DNA from: an uncultured Desulfosarcina sp.
GTDB lineage: Bacteria; Desulfobacterota; Desulfobacteria; Desulfobacterales; Desulfosarcinaceae
Reading direction: 5' to 3'
DNA length: 64,000 nucleotides
Assembly: GCA_963674945.2 (NCBI GenBank)
Contig: CAXXWQ010000004.1
Span: 3,200,001-3,264,000 of the forward strand
Shown here: positions 40,342-50,386 of the stretch, piece after piece
Layout: each line of letters starts with the position of its first letter
Numbering within the stretch: position 1 is the first letter of the stretch
Translations under genes and position numbers: made by a program
Notes under the pieces: model-generated
Seen by the model: only the letters and a program-made list of their open reading frames with translations
Databases searched by the model: none
Told to the model about the DNA's origin: nothing

Positions 40342-43101
40342 ATGGAAAACAAGAATTTGATCGTAATAAATGGAAATGAACTTCCCTTTGAACAGGGGGA
40401 GACGATTCTGGAGGTGGCCCGTCGGGCAAACATCGATATCCCGACCCTGTGCCATCTCAAGGGGGCCACACCCACGGGCGCCTGCCGGATCTGCGTGGTG
40501 GAGGTGAAAGGGGCGCGCACGTTGCTTCCCTCCTGTTCCACTCCTGCGGCACCCAACATGGTGGTGCGGACCGAATCACCGGAGGTAGTGGCGGCGCGCA
40601 GGGAGATTCTTCGTCTGATGCTCAGCTCCGGAAATCACAATTGTGCCGTCCGCGGGCGGGACGACGGGGACTTCACCCAATTTCAACTGGGCGTCGCCAG
40701 AGATGACGGCTCCGACGAACTGTGTCCGGTGTGGGGGGACTGCCGTCTCCAGGACCTGGCCTACCGCTACCAGGTGACCGGCGAGGGATTTCAGGGAACA
40801 TCGGCCCGCTACCCCATCGAAGAGGTCAATCCGTTTATCGTGCGGGACTTTTCCCGGTGTATCCTTTGCGGGCGGTGCGTTCAGGCCTGCAACGAGGTCC
40901 AGGTGAACAACGCCATCAGTTTCGGCTACCGGGGAGCCAATACCAAGATCATCGCCGCCGGAGACCGGCCGCTGAAGGATTCCGACTGCGTCTTCTGCGG
41001 CGAGTGCGTCCAGGCCTGTCCGGTGGGTGCCCTGGTGGAAAAGGATGTGCGCTACCGCGTCCGTCCCTGGGAGACCCAAACGGTGCGGACCACCTGCAGC
41101 TACTGCGGCGTGGGATGTCAGATGAATCTTCACGTCAAGGACAACAAGGTCGTCAAGGTGACCGGCGTGGACGAGGCCCCCAACAACGGTAGCCTGTGCG
41201 TGAAGGGCCGGTTCGGATTCAATTTCATCGCAAGCGAGGAGCGCCTCACCGATCCGTTGATCAAGGAGAACGGTGAGTTCAGGAAGGCCACCTGGGAAGA
41301 GACCATCGGCAAGGTCGCCGAGAAGTTCAAAGAGATCCGCGATGCCCACGGCAGTGACAGCCTCGGCGTTCTCACCTCGGCCCGCATTACCAACGAAGAG
41401 AACTACATCGCCCACAAGTTCACCCGGGCGGTTCTCAAGACGAACAATATCGATCATTGCGCCCGTCTCTGACACAGCTCCACCGTGGCCGGTCTGGCCG
41501 CAGCCTTCGGAAGTGGCGCCATGACGAACACCATCGCCGACATCGAGGAGGCCGACGTCATCCTCGTCGTCGGTTCCAACACCACGGAAAACCACCCCGT
41601 TATCTCCACCTTCATCAAGCGGGCGGTGACCCGGCGGGGCGCCAAACTCATCGTCGTGGATCCGCGCCGCATCAAGATGACCGAGTTTGCCGAGCAGTGG
41701 GTCCGTCCCGACCTGGGTACTGACGTGGCCTGGATCAACGGCATGATGCACGTGATCATCAAGGAAGATCTTCACGACAAGGCCTTCATCTCGGAGAGAA
41801 CGGAGAAGTTCGACGAACTTGCGGTCATGGTCGAAAAATACACGCCCGAACACGTGGAATCCATCACCGGCATTCCGGCCCGGCAGCTCGTGGACGCAGC
41901 AAGGCTTTATGCCGAAGCAAAGGCGGGAAGCATTGTCTACTGCATGGGGATCACTCAGCACACCACGGGCACGGACAACGTCAAGAGCCTGGCCAACCTG
42001 GCCATGCTTTGCGGCAACCTGGGTATCCGGGGTGGCGGCGTGAACCCCTTGCGCGGCCAGAACAATGTCCAGGGTGCCTGCGATTTGGGTGGCCTTCCCA
42101 ACGTGCTCACCGGTTACCAGACGGTGGACAACCTGGACGCCATCTCCAAGGTGGAGAAGGCCTGGAACGTCACCGGTCTTCCCACGAAGGTCGGTCTCAA
42201 GGTGACGGAGATGTTCCCCAAGGCCCACGAAGGGGAAATCAAGGCCATGTACATCATCGGCGAGAATCCCATGGTCTCCGATGCGGATCTGAACCACGTG
42301 GAGGCGTGCATCAAGCATCTGGACTTTCTCGTGGTCCAGGATATCTTTCTCACCGAGACCGCCCGGATGGCCGACGTGGTGCTGCCCTCCAAGTGCTTCG
42401 CCGAAAAGGACGGCACCTTCTCCAATACGGAGCGGAGGGTACAAAGGGTACGCCAGGCGGTGGATGCTCCGGGCCAAGCCAAGGACGACTGGCAGATCAC
42501 CTGTGAAATCGCAGCCGCCATGGGCTATGAGATGGCCTATGAAAACAGCGAAGCGATTTTCAACGAACTGGCAAGCGTGACCCCCTCCTATGCAGGTATC
42601 CGCTACGACCGCATCGAGAACGAGGGAATCCACTGGCCCTGTCCCACGCCGGAACATCCCGGCACCCCAATCTTGCATGGGGCCCAGTTTACCCGGGGCA
42701 AGGGACTGTTCCACGCTCTCGAGTGGATTCCGCCGGCCGAGAAAATCGACGACGAATATCCGCTCTATCTGACCACCGGCCGGGTGATCTACCACTACCA
42801 CACCGGAACCATGACCATGAAGTCCGATGGGTTGAACGAAAGGGCGCCGGATTCCTTCGTGGAACTCACCATGGACGACGCCAAAAACATGGGAATCGCC
42901 GACGGCGATACGGTGAAGGTGAGCTCCCGCCGCGGCGAGATCCGGGTCCGGGCATTCGTATCCCCCAAGGCCGTGGCGGGAACGGTGTTCATTCCCTTCC
43001 ACTTTGCCCAGGCGGCGGCCAACAAACTGACCAATGGAGCGTTGGATCCGATTTCCGGTATTCCCGAGTACAAGGTGTGTGCGGTAAAAGTATCAAAATA
43101 A
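40342..43101 (+). CDS. fdhF: Cytoplasmic formate dehydrogenase alpha subunit, selenocysteine-containing (919 aa)
   Basis: In-frame TGA 41470-41472 in DHCARL-U-HSSTVAGL; N-terminal 2Fe-2S and 4Fe-4S domains; CSYCGVGC; LRGQNNVQG; no Tat signal. Confidence 0.95.
41485..41501 (+). promoter_or_regulatory. SECIS-like hairpin
   Basis: GTGGCC-GGTCT-GGCCGC beginning 12 nt after the UGA; resembles the E. coli fdhF SECIS apical region. Confidence 0.8.
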
Positions 43102-43141
43102 AAATAAGAAACGGACGGTTATCCCGTCCGTTTCTTATTTT
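43101..43141 (+). terminator. Intrinsic terminator after fdh
   Basis: AAAATAAGAAACGGACGG / CCGTCCGTTTCTTATTTT. Confidence 0.85.
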
Positions 43142-43184
43142 TATCAATTAATTTTTTGTGGTTGGTCTTACCTAAAAAACATAT

Positions 43185-43230
43185 AAAAATAAAACCGGCG
43201 CTCTGCTGTTAGAGCGCCGGTTTTATTTTT
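43185..43230 (-). terminator. Intrinsic terminator after the Fe-S selenoprotein gene
   Basis: AAAAATAAAACCGGCGCTCT / AGAGCGCCGGTTTTATTTTT. Confidence 0.85.
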
Positions 43231-43232
43231 CG

Positions 43233-44555
43233 TTAGAAGTTGGATGATTCGGGGTGAAATACGTCCACTTCCTTGAGGTCGTCGCCAAGGTATTCCCGTT
43301 CATTGGGGCCGAGAATGCCCATGGAGAGGCAGATCAGGGTCCACAGATGCACGGTTTGCCATGCGTGGTCCCGCTGGTCGGCCAGGTCGTGAACCTGGGC
43401 GTGGCAGTTGTGGCAGGGAGTAATGGCGTATTGCGCCCCGGTTGCCAGAATCTGTTGGGCCTTGAGTTCGCCGTAGGCCCGCCGCTGATCCGGGAATCCG
43501 GACTGGAGGAATCCACCGCCGCCGCCGCAACAGAAGTTGTTGGAGCGGTTGGGATGCATGTCGATGAAGTTCTCTTCCCCGACCACCGCTTTCACGACGA
43601 ACCGCAGGTCCTCCGCCACCGGGTCGCCGAAGGATTTTCGTACCAGTTGGCAGGGATCCTGGACGGTGAACTTGATTTTCCGGTCCTTGTTCCAATCGGA
43701 ACTGACCTTGAGTTTGCCCTCCTTGATCCACTGGGCATAGTATTGGATGATGCTCTTGATCTCGAAGTTATAGGGAATCTTGAATTTTTCCAGTCCGAAC
43801 CGGACTGCGAATAGTTCGTGCCCTCACTCCGTATTGAGCCAGACCTTGCAGCCCAGGTCCTCCACCGCCTTTTTCTTCACCTCGACGATGTGTTTCCAGT
43901 TCTCGTCGTCGGCGAGGAACATGCAGTAATTTTCCGCGGCAAAGCCTTTGGTGCCGTAGGTCCAGTCCGCACCCACCGAATGGAGAATCTTCCACAACGG
44001 AACCATCTCGTCGGGTTCAGTCACCGGCTCCCTGGAGTTCTGGTTGAGGTAGAACTGTGCACCCTGCTTGTTGACGGGTGCCTGCATCTCCGCAAATTCA
44101 GGCTGGGCCTCCTGGTACTCTTCCAAAACGTCTTCGACGACGAATTGAAAATCTTCTTCCGTGGCGCCCATGGCGCTGCAGGTGTCATTGCGAAGGGCCA
44201 CGTCACAGGAGCCGAGGATTCCCTTGGGGCGTTCTTCCCGGGGCCATGCGGCACGAGCATGGTAAACCAACTGGGGTATGTTGATTTTCATGGGGCAGAC
44301 GTAAACGCAGCGGACACACATGCTGCACATCCAGACCCACTTTGTGCTCAGGACCTCTTCGTCCATTCCCAGGGCAGCCATTCTCAAGAACTTTCTTGGA
44401 TCCATCCCCTCGAGACCCGTCGCCGGACACCCGGATGAACAGGCGCCACAGGTCAGGCAGAGATTCAGGTTGCCGCCCTCGGGGAGGATCTCCTTCACCT
44501 TGTCGATGAAGACGGACCCCTTTTTTCCGCCGAGTTTGATCGCTTCATCAGCCAT
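43233..44555 (-). CDS. HdrD/DsrK/GlpC-like Fe-S oxidoreductase, predicted selenoprotein (440 aa)
   Basis: CLTCGACSSGCP, CSMCVRCVYVCP; in-frame TGA 43824-43826 in NTE-U-GHE; frame stays open to QDPC, FCCGGGGG, TPCHNC. Confidence 0.88.
43791..43807 (-). promoter_or_regulatory. SECIS-like hairpin
   Basis: CAGTCC-GGTTC-GGACTG beginning 16 nt after the UGA. Confidence 0.7.
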
Positions 44556-44735
44556 AATCCATTAACCTCCGTTGTTTGTTCGTACCCTTCCAGAAATGAA
44601 CGATTTCTAAAATGGGCACTACATTGCTACCGACCACGTAAACGATATACAATTCATCGAGCTTGTATTTATTTACGAAACCCGATCAAAATACAAGGAA
44701 AAAATTTCTGTCAGCAGCATCGATCGTTACCAAAT

Positions 44736-44783
44736 AAGCCACGCGCGTCCTTGCCCGAAAACATGCAAAGACGCGCGTGGCTT
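44736..44783. repeat. Intergenic stem-loop
   Basis: AAGCCACGCGCGTC / GACGCGCGTGGCTT perfect 14-bp inverted repeat. Confidence 0.7.
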
Positions 44784-44796
44784 CGTGCATAGGGTG

Positions 44797-46431
44797 CTAC
44801 TTGGACGTGATGGTCGCTTCCATTTCCATGAGGATCCGCGAAAAATCGGAACCCATGTTGGCGGCCGTCGTGGCAAAACAGATTCGCTCCTTTTCGAGAC
44901 CGATGGTTTCGATCATTTCCTGGGCGTTGGCGGCACGCCATTTGGCGTACAGGCTGCCCTTTTCCGATTTGCAATTGCCGTTGTGACAGGCCATGATCAC
45001 CACGCCGTCGGCGCCTTCGGCCATGGCCTGCATGACGTAGTCGATGTCCACCTTTCCGGCGCAGGGAACGGCTACGGTCTTCAATCCCTTGGGCAGGGGC
45101 ATGCCGAAGGAAGCGGCCATGTTGGCTGCCTCGAGACCGCTGTTCTGGCAGCAGAATGCCACGATGGTGGGACCACCGTCACCCTTGGCCGCAGCCGATT
45201 CGGTGACCTGCGCGATCATGGCGTCGTCGTTGTAGTCGCCGATCTGAATGGCATCCATGGGGCATTCCGATGCACAGATGCCGCATCCCTGGCAGGCCAC
45301 GGCGGAGAAGACCGGCTTGTTGTCGCTGGACCAGTCGATGGCACCATGGGGGCAGCAGCGGTAGCAGGTCAAGCAGAAGGTGCACTTGCCGATGTCCAAT
45401 ACCGCCTTGTTGGCCGGCACAACGGCCGTCCCGTCGCCCAGCAGGCGACGTACGCGAAGGGCCGCATTCTGGGCGTCCATCAGGTAGCCGTAGCGTTTTT
45501 TCACCCTGCGGCTGCCGCCTATCACGAAGATGCCCTCGCGGTTGGTGTCCACCGGGTAACGATGAACGTTGTCGGTCTGCAGGAATCCCATGCCGCCCGT
45601 GTCGATATTGAGTATTTCGGAGATGGTTTCGTTGACCTTGTCGGCTCCGATGGCTTCTTCCACGACGATGACATCCGGCGTCAATTCCACGTTTCGCTGG
45701 AGGACCGGGTCTTCGTAGGTGATGGTGAGGCTGTCGCCCTCCTGTTTGATCTCGGGAATTGCCGTTAGCTTCACGTACATGGCGCCCTTGTCCCGGCACT
45801 TGAGGTAGAGGCGTTCCAGGCCGTCTTCGGCCACCTTCAGGTCGCCGGCAAACACATAGGCAGCGGTGTCCTTGCTTTCCATGTGCAACACACTCTTGAG
45901 AACGCGTTCTAAGACCAGGGGGTTGCCGTCCTGGGCCAGGCCCATCATGAAGGCTACGGTCTTTCCGCCAAATGCCGACGGGTCATTTTGTAAGGCCTCT
46001 TCCAACTGGCTCTGTGTAATGACCGTATCGGAGAGGATCAGGCCGTATGATTCGTGCATGGGGCAGGTGACCAGTTCCGATGCCACAACGATGGCACCCA
46101 CGGATTTTTCCACGACATCGTCGCTGGCCGACAGCCACACTTTAAAATCGCCGGGACAGCCGGCCGCACCGTCCATCCGGGTTCCGGTCATCACCTCGAT
46201 CATGTCCGAGTCGTTTACCGATTTAATCAGGTCGTCCAGAACCGTTTGCTCTTCACCGTCCAGATCGGCCGCGGTCGTCGCCGTTCCAATGGTACTTCCT
46301 TCGTCAATGAGCACCACCTTATAGCCGCTTGCGGCAATCTCGGTGGCAGCCTTGACGCCGGTCATGCCGGCACCCACCACCAGGACGTCGGTGGTCAGGT
46401 TGATGGTTTCCGTTTGTGTCTGTTGTGTCAT
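44797..46431 (-). CDS. HdrA-like flavoprotein fused to ferredoxin and MvhD domains (QmoB-like architecture)
   Basis: VLVVGAGMTG; CTFCLTCYRCCP, CQGCGICASECP; MvhD motifs FCC, VPCAGKVD, GADGV..MAC..GNC. Confidence 0.88.
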   Translation of the reverse strand: MTQQTQTETINLTTDVLVVGAGMTGVKAATEIAASGYKVVLIDEGSTIGTATTAADLDGEEQTVLDDLIKSVNDSDMIEVMTGTRMDGAAGCPGDFKVWLSASDDVVEKSVGAIVVASELVTCPMHESYGLILSDTVITQSQLEEALQNDPSAFGGKTVAFMMGLAQDGNPLVLERVLKSVLHMESKDTAAYVFAGDLKVAEDGLERLYLKCRDKGAMYVKLTAIPEIKQEGDSLTITYEDPVLQRNVELTPDVIVVEEAIGADKVNETISEILNIDTGGMGFLQTDNVHRYPVDTNREGIFVIGGSRRVKKRYGYLMDAQNAALRVRRLLGDGTAVVPANKAVLDIGKCTFCLTCYRCCPHGAIDWSSDNKPVFSAVACQGCGICASECPMDAIQIGDYNDDAMIAQVTESAAAKGDGGPTIVAFCCQNSGLEAANMAASFGMPLPKGLKTVAVPCAGKVDIDYVMQAMAEGADGVVIMACHNGNCKSEKGSLYAKWRAANAQEMIETIGLEKERICFATTAANMGSDFSRILMEMEATITSK

Positions 46432-47612
46432 GAGGCCCTCCCCAGATATTTCATCACTTCGCCGGCAGACTGACCTGCGTTGACGATGGATTCGGCAATG
46501 GTTTTCGGTCCCGAAGCGGTACCGGCAACAAATATTCCCGCCTGGCCGGTAGCCGTCCGGTTGAGGTTGTCGGCACAGGCAAAGAAACCGTCGCTGCTTA
46601 GCCCGATGCCAATCTGTTCGGCGAGCGTCTCATTGTCTGCGCCGGGCATGATGCCCACGGAGAGCACCACCAGGTCGAAATCCTCTTCCACCGCTTCGCT
46701 GTTGCCTTCGGCTGCCATGAAACGGGTCCGGACGCAGTCATTTTCCACCAGATACATGTCTACGGGGATGTTGCGGACGAATTTCATCTCGTCTTTGCAC
46801 TGCTGGTAAAACACGGGGAAGTCATTTCCCGTGTTCTGGATATCCATGTAGAAGATGGTGATGTCCAGTTCAGGGTCCTGATGCTTCATGGCCTGGGCCG
46901 TTCTCAGGGCATATGGGCAGCAAACCTGGCTGCACCACAGGTTTCCCAGCCGCTCGTCCCGGCTGCCCACACATTGAATGAAAGCGACTTTTTTGGGAGG
47001 CTTACCGTCGGAGGGGCGAAGCACCGCGCCGTTGGACCGCTTGCCCGATTCCAGGTCCAGGCCGCTGACCACATTTGCCAACTCGTTGTAGCGGTAGGTG
47101 GATTTGATATTTGGATCGAAAGGGGTGAAACCGGTGGCAACGACGACGGCATCCACTTCGATAGATTTTGCGCTGCCGGCGGTTTCCGGGTTGAGGCTCC
47201 CGTCGGGCTGGTAGTATTTGGCGTTGTTGACGGAAAATCCCTTGACAACCGAGCAGCCCTTGGGGTCGGTGGTATATCCGCCTTCGCATGTCTTGCGGGA
47301 GGTGTCGGTGGCGGCTTTTTTCAGGCCGACCGCGAATTTTCCATTCTTGCTGATCTTGTCCACTTCGGTGGCCAGATGAACCGTGATGGCCGGCTCGTTG
47401 ACCACGTTTTTCAACATGCTTTCGACGGCACAGGCACCGCATTGGCGGCACTCGTCCGTTGCTTTGCAGGCGTATTGGATGGCGTGTCCGCCCAAGTAGT
47501 CGGCCTTTTCCACCAGTTCTACCTGTGCACCGAGGCCGGCAAGCTCCCAGGCTGCCGTCAGACCGGCGATCCCGCCCCCAATGACCATGACTTTTTTCGA
47601 TTTAGTACTCAC
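46428..47612 (-). CDS. Short HdrA-like flavoprotein (QmoA-like architecture)
   Basis: VMVIGGGIAG, ACKATDECRQCGAC, CVGSRD..WCSQVCC, DLVVLSVG, GPKTI; GTG start after SD AAGGAG. Confidence 0.88.
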   Translation of the reverse strand: MSTKSKKVMVIGGGIAGLTAAWELAGLGAQVELVEKADYLGGHAIQYACKATDECRQCGACAVESMLKNVVNEPAITVHLATEVDKISKNGKFAVGLKKAATDTSRKTCEGGYTTDPKGCSVVKGFSVNNAKYYQPDGSLNPETAGSAKSIEVDAVVVATGFTPFDPNIKSTYRYNELANVVSGLDLESGKRSNGAVLRPSDGKPPKKVAFIQCVGSRDERLGNLWCSQVCCPYALRTAQAMKHQDPELDITIFYMDIQNTGNDFPVFYQQCKDEMKFVRNIPVDMYLVENDCVRTRFMAAEGNSEAVEEDFDLVVLSVGIMPGADNETLAEQIGIGLSSDGFFACADNLNRTATGQAGIFVAGTASGPKTIAESIVNAGQSAGEVMKYLGRAS

Positions 47613-47662
47613 GTGAAAACTCCTTTGGTGATCGTTGGTTGACAATGGATGGTCGTCGATGA

Positions 47663-48592
47663 TCAGACCTTGGGCCTGGGCAGGACGTTTGCCCGTTCTG
47701 CAATTTCCGGCACCTTGTGTTCCCATTCGATGGCCATGAGGTGGACGCCGGCGACGCCTTTCATCTCCTTGAACTCTTCGATCTGTTCGCAGGCGATTTT
47801 AATCCCCTCGTCGGCCACCTTCTTCTTATCCACACCCTGGAGTCGTTTGATGATTTCATCGGGAACGTCCATTCCCGGCACCTTGAGCTTCATGTAGCGG
47901 GCCATACCGACGCTCTTCATGGGAGTGATGCCGGCCAGGATGTACACCTTCTCGGTGAGTCCCATGTCCACGGCCTCTTTCACCCAGGTGCGCATCCGTT
48001 CCATGTTGAAGATACACTGGGTCTGAATGAAGTCCACGCCGGCGGCCACTTTCTTGGCCAGACGGTGAACCCGCCATTCATGGGGCGTGGCAAAGGGGTT
48101 GGCAGCACCGCCGATGAAGATCTTGGGAGGCTCGTCGATCTCCGCGCCGCCGAGGAATTTTCCTTCGTCGCGCATCTTCTTCACGGTGCCGATCAACTGG
48201 GTGGAATCGATGTCGAACACCCCCTTGGACTGGGGATGGTCGCCGAACTGCTGATGGTCGCCGGACAGGCAGAGCATGTTACGGATGCCCAGGGCCGATG
48301 CACCGAGGATGTCGGACTGCATGGCCAGGCGGTTTCTGTCCCGGCACACCATCTGATAGTTGGGCTCGAGACCCTCTTGCATGGCAATGAGCGAGGCGGC
48401 CCAACTGGACATTCGGACCATGGCGGTCTGGTTGTCGGTGATGTTGACGGCGTCCACATTGCCGACCAATGGTTTCGCCTTTTCCCGCACCGCCTCCACG
48501 TTGGAACCGCGGGGCGGTCCCAACTCTCCGGTGAAGGCAAAATGACCGGCGCGCAGTATTTTTTCAAGATTGCTTCCTGATTTCATATACAA
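47663..48592 (-). CDS. metF: Methylenetetrahydrofolate reductase MetF
   Basis: TGELGPPRG, NITDNQ, CRDRNR, LSGD, KKV.AG.DFIQTQ, GVHLM. Confidence 0.95.
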   Translation of the reverse strand: MYMKSGSNLEKILRAGHFAFTGELGPPRGSNVEAVREKAKPLVGNVDAVNITDNQTAMVRMSSWAASLIAMQEGLEPNYQMVCRDRNRLAMQSDILGASALGIRNMLCLSGDHQQFGDHPQSKGVFDIDSTQLIGTVKKMRDEGKFLGGAEIDEPPKIFIGGAANPFATPHEWRVHRLAKKVAAGVDFIQTQCIFNMERMRTWVKEAVDMGLTEKVYILAGITPMKSVGMARYMKLKVPGMDVPDEIIKRLQGVDKKKVADEGIKIACEQIEEFKEMKGVAGVHLMAIEWEHKVPEIAERANVLPRPKV

Positions 48593-48647
48593 ATCCCTCT
48601 ATTTGCTTGTTTTCCGTTTTCGTGATCCGCATCTCCGGAACGTTTGG

Positions 48648-49331
48648 TTACTTAATACCGAGCGCGGCAAGTCGTTCCTTGTAGCCGGGTTGAACGATGG
48701 TCCGCGGTGTCTGGTTGCGCCAGTCGTTGGGCGGGCAGATTTCGTGGATGTTGTTCAGCCGGCCTTGCTGGGCCAGTCTCTCATGGATGCGATGCCAGGC
48801 ACAGGGCTGGTCGCTGTTGATTTCACAGCTGCCATTGTTGGTTCCACCGCAGGGACCGTTGAACAGGCCCTTGGCACACATGGTGACCGGGCAGATACCG
48901 GCCGTCGTACCCAGAACACAGGTACCGCAGGCGCGACATTTTTCTTCGTACCACCCCACCTCGCGGTTGACACCGATGAAACTGGTGTTGACACCGGGAA
49001 AAACGGGAATTTGAGGGAATCGTTCGGCGATGAATTGGATGCCGGCGCCGCAGGCCATGGAGATGATGGCGTCGTACTCATCCACGATACCGTCCAGTTC
49101 CTCCAAAAACTCCATGTCGCATTGCCGTTCCACCGTAACGCCACCGGTTTCGATGGGTTTGCCGTCCATGCGGCGGGCGATTTTCAGTTCGGAGTTGAGT
49201 ACCCCGACCTCCTTTTCGCCGCCTGCCAGGCATACCGCCACGCAGGTGCCACATCCCACGGTCAGGACCTTTTCAAAGTCTGCGACCATGGCCTTGACCT
49301 CGTCAAAAGGCTTTCGTTCCGCAACAATCAT
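48648..49331 (-). CDS. metV: MTHFR small subunit MetV
   Basis: GCGTCVAVC.AGG, RQCD, ACGAG, CRACGTC, CPVTMCAKGLFNGPCGG, CE...CAW. Confidence 0.92.
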   Translation of the reverse strand: MIVAERKPFDEVKAMVADFEKVLTVGCGTCVAVCLAGGEKEVGVLNSELKIARRMDGKPIETGGVTVERQCDMEFLEELDGIVDEYDAIISMACGAGIQFIAERFPQIPVFPGVNTSFIGVNREVGWYEEKCRACGTCVLGTTAGICPVTMCAKGLFNGPCGGTNNGSCEINSDQPCAWHRIHERLAQQGRLNNIHEICPPNDWRNQTPRTIVQPGYKERLAALGIK

Positions 49332-49578
49332 TTTACATTCCTCCTATTTGGCACGGCATGGGGTCAGTGCCATGTGATGGGATACAGCCTGCACCTGTAA
49401 AAGGGGTGTGCGCAAGCTGTATATTTACGCCAAGAGGCGACCCTACCCTGAGAAAATAAAATATGTCAACATATAATAGATGGTTTCCCGGCATGAACCA
49501 CATTTACAAATTAAAAGCCATTTATTTTACATGGGAGCAACCATCCGGCTGAAGGTGCGAAGGCCCCCAAATGGTTAG

Positions 49579-49598
49579 AAAAATGAATAGTCATTCAT
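49579..49598. promoter_or_regulatory. FadR(YsiA)-like box 1
   Basis: AAAAATGAATAGTCATTCAT. Confidence 0.6.
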
Positions 49599-49659
49599 TT
49601 TCATGATTTCGTGTTTTGGGAAGATCATGGCCAACTAAGACAAAATTTATAGGTAATGC

Positions 49660-49705
49660 TTGACATGCGATGCGCGTTTCTGATAATGAATGAACATTCA
49701 TTCAT
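49660..49705 (+). promoter_or_regulatory. Sigma70-like promoter overlapped by FadR-like box 2
   Basis: TTGACA (49660)-N16-GATAAT; palindrome ATGAATGAACATTCATTCAT at 49686-49705. Confidence 0.75.
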
Positions 49706-49730
49706 GATGCGCTTTTGTGAGGAGGCTGCC

Positions 49731-50345
49731 ATTCGTACGCCAAAGAAAAAAATCGACCGATACCATCAGATTCTGGATGCCGCGATTGCCGTTTTTGCGA
49801 ATAAGGGCTTTTTTCAGTCGACGATCTCCCAAATCGCCAGGGAAGCCGGCGTGGCCGACGGAACGATCTATCTCTACTTCAAGAACAAGGACGATATTCT
49901 GATTCAGTTCTACCATTACAAGACACGGCAGATTTTCGAGCAGTTTCGGGCCTCGGTGGGGCAGGCCAAGACCGCGGAAGAGAAATTGCGGTGCCTCATC
50001 CGCATCCATCTTCAGGAGTTTCAGAAAGACCGGAACATGGCCATCGTCTATCAGGCCGAAACCCACCAGAACCGGCCCATCGGGAAAGAGCACATCAAGG
50101 AGATGTCCAAGATGTACCGGGATATCATTACCGACGTGGTGGAACTGGGGCAGGAAGAGGGGGCCATTCGAAAGGATCTATACCTTGGTCTCGTCAAACG
50201 ATTCATAAATGGCGCCGTTGATGAGGTGATCAACTCGTGGATCCATTCCGGTGGTCAGTACGACCTCGTCTCCATGGCCGACCCGCTTGTGGATCTTTTC
50301 TTAAAGGGTATCGGAAACCACGGCTTTGAACAAATGGCTGTTTGA
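49731..50345 (+). CDS. TetR-family regulator, FadR(YsiA)-like; start uncertain (ATT 49731 or ATG 49704/49707)
   Basis: ILDAAIAVFA.KGF, IAREAGVADGTIYLYFKNKDDIL. Confidence 0.92.
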   Translation: MRTPKKKIDRYHQILDAAIAVFANKGFFQSTISQIAREAGVADGTIYLYFKNKDDILIQFYHYKTRQIFEQFRASVGQAKTAEEKLRCLIRIHLQEFQKDRNMAIVYQAETHQNRPIGKEHIKEMSKMYRDIITDVVELGQEEGAIRKDLYLGLVKRFINGAVDEVINSWIHSGGQYDLVSMADPLVDLFLKGIGNHGFEQMAV

Positions 50346-50386
50346 CAAAAAGAACGAAGCAAAACACCATATTTTAGGGGGAAAAC

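Noticed and set aside
40576..43002. 808-aa minus-strand ORF
   Set aside because: Antisense shadow of fdh with no recognisable motifs; expected from GC-rich codon bias.
44606..44630. Sigma54-like TGGGCAC...TTGCT
   Set aside because: Imperfect match, and it points away from the adjacent minus-strand gene start.
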